From contig CAVXTH010000006.1 of assembly GCA_963764625.1 (NCBI GenBank), positions 768,001 to 832,000 on the forward strand: a stretch of DNA of 64,000 bases, written 5' to 3'. A program made the position numbers and the translations under genes. Every line of letters starts with the position of its first letter. The stretch's first letter is position 1. Below, piece after piece: positions 57,834-64,000 of this stretch. Source of the stretch: Candidatus Krumholzibacteriota bacterium. Its GTDB lineage: Bacteria; Krumholzibacteriota; Krumholzibacteriia; JAJRXK01. The notes under the pieces were generated by a model. The model saw only the letters and a program-made list of their open reading frames with translations, made no database searches and was not told where the DNA came from.

Positions 57834-59252
57834 TCAGGCCTGCGCTTCCCCCGACTTCGCTTCCTCGCGCTCCTGAGCCTGATAGGACTTCAACTTCTCG
57901 CGCAGGGTCTGCCGGGAGATTCCCAAAATGCGCGCCGCCTTGCTCTTGTTCTGTCCCACCTGTCCCAGAGTATATAAAAGCTGGATTCTCTCCACCGCTG
58001 CCAACGGGAGAATCTCTCGCCCGATCCGGTTTACGTCGTTGGCCAGGGCATTGCGCGGATTCACTCCCTCCCGCACGTGCTCCGGCAAAATCTCCAAGGT
58101 GATCTCCTCTGGTTCCTCCAGGATCATGAGCCGGCGAATCATGTTTCGCAGCTCACGCACGTTGCCCGGCCAGGGATAGGATTGCAGTAGCTCCAGGAGC
58201 CCGTCCGAAGCCGGTTTGCACGAGAGCCCCAACTCTTCGTTGAAAGTTTCGATGAAGACGTTCACGAGATGCCGTATATCTCCGGGACGTTCCCGCAGCG
58301 GCGGAATCCCTACCTCGATCACCTGGAGACGATAGTAGAGATCGTTGCGGAACAGGCCGTTCTCGATCGCCTTGTCGAGCTGACGATTCGTCGCGGCCAC
58401 GATGCGTGCCTTGACTTCCTTGTCGCTCTTCCCCCCCACTCGCCGAAAGCGTCCGTACTCGATCACCCTAAGCAGGCGGCTCTGCAGCGTCACTCCCATC
58501 TCGCCGATTTCGTCCAGGAAGATCGTGCCCTGCCCCGCTAATTCGAAGAGTCCTTCCTTGGCGCTCCGCGCGTCGGTGAAGGCCCCTTTCTCGTGCCCGA
58601 AGAGCTCGCTCTCCAGAAGGGTTTCGGGAACCGCGGCACAGTTGATTTCCATGAACGGCGCGCCGGGATGACTCACCTCGTGGATGGCGCGCGCCACCAG
58701 CTCCTTTCCGCAGCCACTCTCGGCCTGGATGAGGACCGAGATCTCGTTCCCCGCGCGGCTCTTTCCCACTTTCTCGATTTTCTCCACGATCGCCTCCATG
58801 CAGGGAGTCGAGCGAAGCATGGCGAGATAACGGCCTCCCAGCATCTCGCCCGAAGCGTTGACGCCGCGCTCGCGCGAGCGCCTCTGGACTTTCAGCGCCC
58901 CACTCACCTTCGCGCGCATGTCCGAAAGTCGATACGGCTTCTGCACGAAATCGTAGGCCCCCAGCTTCATCGCCTCGACCGCGGTGGGAAGGTCTCCGTA
59001 GGCCGTCATGAGAATGACCGGCACGTCGTTGCCCATATCGCGAACTTTGCGCAACACTTCCACTCCGCTCATGTCGGGAAGCTTCAAGTCGAGCAAGACC
59101 AGGCTGGGCTTCTTGTCGCCCAGGATCTTCAGTGCGCTCGCTCCATCGGAGGCTTCGATGATCTCGTGGCCAGCTTCGCTGAGCGCCTCCATCAACGAAG
59201 TGCGAATCGTCGCCTGGTCGTCGCAGATCAGAATCAGGTTCTTTGGAGACAT
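57834..59252 (-). CDS. NtrC-family sigma54 response regulator
   Basis: Receiver (ICDD, LLDLKLPD, MTAY, QKP), AESGCGKE, GAFTDA, WPGNVREL, HTH. Confidence 0.93.
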   Translation of the reverse strand: MSPKNLILICDDQATIRTSLMEALSEAGHEIIEASDGASALKILGDKKPSLVLLDLKLPDMSGVEVLRKVRDMGNDVPVILMTAYGDLPTAVEAMKLGAYDFVQKPYRLSDMRAKVSGALKVQRRSRERGVNASGEMLGGRYLAMLRSTPCMEAIVEKIEKVGKSRAGNEISVLIQAESGCGKELVARAIHEVSHPGAPFMEINCAAVPETLLESELFGHEKGAFTDARSAKEGLFELAGQGTIFLDEIGEMGVTLQSRLLRVIEYGRFRRVGGKSDKEVKARIVAATNRQLDKAIENGLFRNDLYYRLQVIEVGIPPLRERPGDIRHLVNVFIETFNEELGLSCKPASDGLLELLQSYPWPGNVRELRNMIRRLMILEEPEEITLEILPEHVREGVNPRNALANDVNRIGREILPLAAVERIQLLYTLGQVGQNKSKAARILGISRQTLREKLKSYQAQEREEAKSGEAQA

Positions 59253-59256
59253 GCCA

Positions 59257-60954
59257 TCAGCCTCTCGCTTCGAGCCGGGAGACACCGCTTCTCTTCACGG
59301 TGCCGACGGAGCTCTGGGGTATGACCGCGCGCAAAACGGTTCGTCCCGCGCGCCTCAGGTAGCGAAGATGTCCGTGGTGCGCACGAATCACCTTCTCGGA
59401 TATCGCCAACCCCAAACCAGTGCCCAGTGGTTTGGTGGTGTAGAAGGGCACGAAGAGTCGCTCGATCTCTTCGGGGGGAACGCCCTGGCCCGAGTCCTCG
59501 ACCTCGAGGACGATCACCTTGGAGGTCGGGTGCTGGGCCAGAATCTCCGCCGGGGGAATCTCCTCGTCCACCCGAAGGACAACCTCTCCGCCGGCGGGGG
59601 AGGCATCGAGCGCATTCTCGATGAGATTCAGAAGAACCTGCTTGAGCTGCGCGGGGTCGGCGCTGAGCTGGAGTCCCGCCATCACTTCCAACAGTCGCAG
59701 CCTCATTCCCCGCCCATTCGCGTTGCCCTGCATGAATTCGACGAGCTCGTGACAGAAAGTGCTCAGGTCGATGACGCTGCGTTTGAGTACCACCGGTCGC
59801 GCGAAATCCAGGAAGTTCAAGACCAGGCCGTTGATGCGCCCGACCTCGGTGCGCACCACCTCGAAATGGCGTCGCTTGGGAGAGTCCTCCGGCAAGGCAT
59901 CGCACAACAGCTCCGCGCTATGCAGAATACCGGTGAGAGGAGTGCGCACGTCGTGCGCCCATTCCGCGGCCATGATGAGATCCGCATGCTGACGCGCCGC
60001 CCGCCGCCGTTCGATTTCCAGGGCCCGCGTGGCCCGTTGGTCCTCGAGGATCACCACCAGGTGCTGCTCGCCCGGCATCTCGGCCGCTATCCTGGTGGCG
60101 CGCAGGGAGACGGGAATCGACTCCCCTTGGGGTTGACCAAGCCATCCCTCTCCCACCAGTTGCACGCCGGCCTGGGCCTGACAGGCCCATCCGGAGATCT
60201 CCACCGTCTGTCCCCCCATACGTAGAGACGAAGCCGAGCCGTCCTCGTCTCCCAACAGTTCTCTTCCCTTGCGATTCGCGTAGAGACGACGACCGCTCTC
60301 GTCGAAAGTGACGATGCCACTGGCCACTTCATCCAGCGTTCGCTCCTGGAACCGCTGCAGCTTGCGCAGCTCGCTCACCGCCTGCGCCCCCGCCACTTCT
60401 TCAGTGAGGATGGTCTGAATGGTGATGAGGAAATAGATGTCCCGCGCGATAGCCTCGCCGTTCTCGTAGTGCTTTTCCAACAGGAGATACCCCAGGTCGC
60501 GATCGCGATGGCGCAGGGGGACCACCGTCTCGCTCCACGGCGTCTTGCGGTCGACGCAGGGGACGGGACGACGGGCCACCATGTCCTGAAGGGCCAAGAG
60601 GTAGGGCTCTTCGTCAGGCTGCGGCTGGGAGTTCGAGAGTTCTCGGCACGCCCTTTCGACGAGAGCCGGACTCAGTCCATCCACCCGCCGCGCCTGGACC
60701 TGGCTCCCGGCGCCGCTGCACAGCAGGAGCCCGGTGCCCCGGGCTCTGAGGAAATTCTTGAGCGAACCCAAGAGGCGGCCGAGCGCCTCGTCCCAGTTGC
60801 TGTAGTTGGAGAGATCGCGGCCGATGCGATAGAGCATCACCAGTTGCGCAACTCTTCCCTGCAGCTCTCGGTGCGCCGCCGCCAATTCGGCGCGGGCGTC
60901 CTCAAGCTCGGCGGCCAGCGCGGCAGGGGGCTGCTTGGAAGACTCGGTGGTCAC
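59257..60954 (-). CDS. Cytoplasmic sensor histidine kinase (GAF-like, PAS-like, HisKA, HATPase)
   Basis: AHDVRTPL, QVLLNLIENA, DSGQG, FVPFYTTK, GTGLGL. No TM segment visible. Confidence 0.9.
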   Translation of the reverse strand: MTTESSKQPPAALAAELEDARAELAAAHRELQGRVAQLVMLYRIGRDLSNYSNWDEALGRLLGSLKNFLRARGTGLLLCSGAGSQVQARRVDGLSPALVERACRELSNSQPQPDEEPYLLALQDMVARRPVPCVDRKTPWSETVVPLRHRDRDLGYLLLEKHYENGEAIARDIYFLITIQTILTEEVAGAQAVSELRKLQRFQERTLDEVASGIVTFDESGRRLYANRKGRELLGDEDGSASSLRMGGQTVEISGWACQAQAGVQLVGEGWLGQPQGESIPVSLRATRIAAEMPGEQHLVVILEDQRATRALEIERRRAARQHADLIMAAEWAHDVRTPLTGILHSAELLCDALPEDSPKRRHFEVVRTEVGRINGLVLNFLDFARPVVLKRSVIDLSTFCHELVEFMQGNANGRGMRLRLLEVMAGLQLSADPAQLKQVLLNLIENALDASPAGGEVVLRVDEEIPPAEILAQHPTSKVIVLEVEDSGQGVPPEEIERLFVPFYTTKPLGTGLGLAISEKVIRAHHGHLRYLRRAGRTVLRAVIPQSSVGTVKRSGVSRLEARG

Positions 60955-61082
60955 TTCGACAGTACTCCTCCCCGTGGCCGCCCGTAGCTGGGCCCGGGAT
61001 CGATCCTGGCCTGTTTTTTACCATGGGGACGGAAGGCGGTCTAGGGATTTCCCCGGCCACCCTACGGAGGGCCTGCCGCGAT

Positions 61083-61469
61083 TCAGGCGCTCAGGCGGAC
61101 GCTGAGGTAGGATTCGAGGTGATGGAGGCTCTCGGCGTCGATCGTGGTGAAAAACACCGCGATTTCGTAGCTCGGGGCCGCCGGGTCTTCCTCCTCCGGC
61201 ACCACGCGCACCACGATACCCTCGCACGCGACCTCTTCGAGCTTGCTCCGGTCCTCGGCATCAACCGGGACGTCGAAGCTCAGGGCGAGCTTGGTCATGG
61301 GCTCGATCCACTTCTTGCTCTCGAAGTAGAGCCCCGAGGCGGAGACGTTGATGGTGTCGATGCCATCGATCTGCTCCACCAGGTCTTCGGTTCCGATGTG
61401 GACCTTCAGATTCAAGTGCGCGTCGTAGCGTTCCGACTTGCGGCGTTCCACTCCCGAGCGCTCGTTCAT
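61083..61469 (-). CDS. Stand-alone PilZ domain protein
   Basis: ERRKSER (RxxxR) and NVSASG ([D/N]xSxxG). Confidence 0.85.
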   Translation of the reverse strand: MNERSGVERRKSERYDAHLNLKVHIGTEDLVEQIDGIDTINVSASGLYFESKKWIEPMTKLALSFDVPVDAEDRSKLEEVACEGIVVRVVPEEEDPAAPSYEIAVFFTTIDAESLHHLESYLSVRLSA

Positions 61470-61494
61470 GCGATACCTCTTTTCCCTGGGCTCT

Positions 61495-63672
61495 TCACGC
61501 TGCCGGGGTGTTTCGCAGGTCGCGCAACCAAACCCGGCCCGTGGGCACATCGACGTGGCTTAGCAAGACCTGCACCGGCTGACCGAGACCATAGCGCTTC
61601 CCGGTGCGTTCGCCCAGCAGGCAATTGCGCTTTTCGTCGTACAGATACCAATCCCCGCTGAGCTCATCAAGCCCCACGAATCCGTCCATCCCGCAGCCCC
61701 TCAGTTCCACGAAGAGCCCGCTGCGCACCACCCCGACGATGGTCCCGGACCATTCCTCTCCCACTCTGTCCGCCAGCCAATCGGCGGCGCAGATGTCCCG
61801 GCAGTCCCGTTCGAGCACGGTGGCCCGGCGTTCCTGGAGGCTGCAATGATCGGCGAGCCTGAGAGTCTCCTCCCAGTCCGCTGCCTCCGCCAGGTTCTCC
61901 GTGGCGAGGTGGCGCGCTTCCTTCAGGGCATCGTTCAGCCAGCCGCCGTTGCGGCGCACGAGAACGTGGAGCCAGCGTTGATTTTGCAAATCTGGATAGC
62001 GACGGATGGGCGAAGTGAAATGGGTGTAGAAATCGAAGGCCAGACCGAAATGCTTGCCGCGTCCCCGGCGATACGAAGCGCGCATGAGAGACCTCAGGGC
62101 CAGGAGGGACACGAGCGATTCCAGGCGACTTCCTTTCACCCGGCGAAAGAGCTCCTGGTAATCCTTTCCCCCCACCGGCTCATCCGGAAACCAATCCACT
62201 CCCAGCTCTTTGAGAGTCTCGATCAGGGCGGAGACTTTCAGTTCGTCCGGGTCTTCGTGCACCCGCCACAACAGAGGCAAGCTCGCCGCGTGTAAGGTCT
62301 CCGCCACCGCGCGGTTCGCCTCGAGCATGAATTCTTCGATGATCCAGTGCGTGGTGAGCAAGGCTTTCTCGCGCACACCGCTCACGCGTCCGTCTTCGCC
62401 GAACTCCACTTCGAATTCCGGACGCTCCACGAAGAGCGAACCATTCTCACGCCTTCGCGCGCGCAACTTCTCCGCGAGCTGCAGCATGGAGCGCAGGCTT
62501 TCCCGCAGAGTCTCCACTTCCAATTCGGGAACCACTCGTTCGGGTGAAATGAGCGCGTCGCTTCCGTCCAGTAGCGCTTGCGCCTGACGATAGGAAAGCG
62601 AGGCGCGACTGCGAATGACCGAGGGACCCAGACGAATCCCCTTTCGTTGCCCTTGCGCGTCGTACTGAAGGAACACGGTGAACGCGTCGCGCTTCACGCC
62701 GTGGTGAAGGCTGCACGCATTCGACGAGAGGAACTCCGGCAGCATGGGCACCACTTGCCCCGGCGGATACACGCTCGTGGCGCGTGCGCGCGCCTCCCTG
62801 TCCAGCGCGGTGTGGGGGGTGACCCTCGACGCCACGTCCGCGATGTGCACCCCGAGGAGAACGCCGCCACCTGGCAGAGCCTCGAGGGAAACCGCGTCGT
62901 CATGGTCCTTGGCGTCTTGGGGATCGATACTGAGCACGAAGAGTTCGGAGAGATCCACCCGGGTGTCCACCGGCACCGGGTCGCTCGTAGCGAGCGCGAG
63001 CGCCCGCTCGCTGAAGTGGCGCGGCCAGCCCTCGGTGGCGAGGCGTCGCTCCATGGCCGGCAGGGGTCGATCGGCCGGTCCCAAGACCAAAAGCCCACGC
63101 GCTACCGGCTGCTCGGTGGTGGGCTCGAAGGCGTCCACTTCCGCGGTGGCCAGCTGGTCGGCGGCATCGCGCGGAAGCTCGACCCCTTCCTCCACGAAGA
63201 ACCCTCCGGAGAGCCCGGGGATTCTCAGCTCCGGCAGAAGCACCCAGCGCTTTCCCACCGGCAGCAGCTTACCCAGAATCCGCCGTCGTTCGGCCCGCAG
63301 GATTCTCCGCAGAATCGCGGTCTCCACGCCCTCGATTTTGCGGCGGGCGATCTCCACCCGGTCGCCCTCCACCACGGAGGCGACGTCCTCTTCGCGCAGA
63401 GGCAGAGATCCTCCTTCTGCCAATTCGACGCGAACTGGCTGCTCGAAGGTGGAGAGGACGGTGGCTTTGAGGACGACGGCGCCGGAGAGTGCTTGCATTC
63501 TCCGGCGCGGCAGGCGGGCGATCCGGCCGTCTCTGGCGAGTTGGAGCGCCTGACGGCGGAAGGCGCCATAGTGGTGGCGCGCGACACCGAGCGCGCGCGC
63601 CATCGCCTTGAGCTTGAAGCTTCGATGCGGATTCCGCTCGAGAAAGCGCAGGATCTCGAGTTGCCAGTCCAC
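61495..63672 (-). CDS. rnr: Ribonuclease R (RNB family)
   Basis: IDPQDAKDHDDA, HIADV, IEEFML, HFGLA..YTHFTSPIRRYPDL, C-terminal S1 domain. GTG start at 63672 is inferred. Confidence 0.9.
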   Translation of the reverse strand: MDWQLEILRFLERNPHRSFKLKAMARALGVARHHYGAFRRQALQLARDGRIARLPRRRMQALSGAVVLKATVLSTFEQPVRVELAEGGSLPLREEDVASVVEGDRVEIARRKIEGVETAILRRILRAERRRILGKLLPVGKRWVLLPELRIPGLSGGFFVEEGVELPRDAADQLATAEVDAFEPTTEQPVARGLLVLGPADRPLPAMERRLATEGWPRHFSERALALATSDPVPVDTRVDLSELFVLSIDPQDAKDHDDAVSLEALPGGGVLLGVHIADVASRVTPHTALDREARARATSVYPPGQVVPMLPEFLSSNACSLHHGVKRDAFTVFLQYDAQGQRKGIRLGPSVIRSRASLSYRQAQALLDGSDALISPERVVPELEVETLRESLRSMLQLAEKLRARRRENGSLFVERPEFEVEFGEDGRVSGVREKALLTTHWIIEEFMLEANRAVAETLHAASLPLLWRVHEDPDELKVSALIETLKELGVDWFPDEPVGGKDYQELFRRVKGSRLESLVSLLALRSLMRASYRRGRGKHFGLAFDFYTHFTSPIRRYPDLQNQRWLHVLVRRNGGWLNDALKEARHLATENLAEAADWEETLRLADHCSLQERRATVLERDCRDICAADWLADRVGEEWSGTIVGVVRSGLFVELRGCGMDGFVGLDELSGDWYLYDEKRNCLLGERTGKRYGLGQPVQVLLSHVDVPTGRVWLRDLRNTPAA

Positions 63673-63697
63673 GACGCGTACTCTCCGGCGGACGGCG

Positions 63698-63793
63698 CTA
63701 CTTGTTCTTCTTCTTGTGCCGATTCTTCCGCAGACGCTTCTTGCGTTTGTGGGTGGCGATCTTCTTGCGCTTCCGCTTCTTCCCGCTGGGCAT
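63698..63793 (-). CDS. 31-aa basic protein of AURKAIP1/COX24 (bS22/mS38-like) type
   Basis: Hand translation: MPSGKKRKRKKIATHKRKKRLRKNRHKKKNK*, with GGAGG upstream. Below the ORF-track size cut-off. Confidence 0.85.
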   Translation of the reverse strand: MPSGKKRKRKKIATHKRKKRLRKNRHKKKNK

Positions 63794-64000
63794 CTGACCC
63801 TGACCTCCGATTCACGACTTGCCAAAAGAAGTCGCAGGTAACGATAAAACACCACCCACCGCAAGGCAGGTGGCCGCCTGAGAGCTGAACCCCGAGAGAG
63901 GAACTCGCCTGAGTCCGGCTAGAACGACCTGGCCGGGCCTTTCGCGGCAACTCCGGAGGAGCTAGAGCGAGCCCGCGCCGAAGCCGGCTTGGCCTTCGCT

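Noticed and set aside
58575-58595. GAFTDA instead of GAFTGA in the NtrC-family regulator
   Set aside because: This is a common variant in enhancer-binding proteins and is not unusual by itself.
63860-64000. Possible ncRNA (6S-like GGGTTCAG or glycine-riboswitch-like CTCTCAGG) at the window end
   Set aside because: Only fragments match and the partner motifs are not visible. The region may be the 3' end of an upstream gene cut by the window edge, so an Rfam scan with flanking sequence is needed.
1-64000. CRISPR arrays, tandem repeats, IS elements, prophage, defence or retroelement genes
   Set aside because: No regularly spaced repeats, transposase, phage, reverse transcriptase or defence-nuclease motifs were seen. 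Intergenic gaps are short and composition looks uniform.

Overview
This is a GC-rich bacterial chromosomal segment of mostly core genes. Almost all genes are on the minus strand; only rpsT and a LysM transglycosylase gene are on the plus strand. The long SecA, a PorV-like barrel, a protease with an FlgD/T9SS-like tail and a Big_5 lipoprotein suggest an FCB-superphylum organism, possibly a candidate phylum (inference only). Housekeeping content: der, a DUF512 radical SAM gene, tRNA-Gly(CCC), miaA, mutL, mutS, lapAB, miaB, mtaB, rpsA, a cmk-plsC fusion, aroA, hisC, rluB, scpAB, xerD, uvrC, rpsT, dapF, argF, hslUV, xerC, trmFO, secA, guaA, purH, purC, comEC and rnr. There is also a 31-aa basic protein missed by the ORF track. 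No CRISPR array, prophage, IS element or defence island is visible. The most interesting signal is a dispersed sigma54/c-di-GMP signalling set. Two clean sigma54 -24/-12 motifs precede (i) a multi-GAF protein with a degenerate GGDEF domain and intact RxxD site, inserted between mutS and mutL, and (ii) a TPR plus J-domain/TPR gene pair. The set also includes an active diguanylate cyclase with a possible winged-helix N-terminus upstream of comEC, and a PilZ-kinase-two sigma54 activator cluster. Three single-base frameshifts (Big_5 lipoprotein, guaA, thiE-like) all lie in short homopolymers and are probably sequencing errors.
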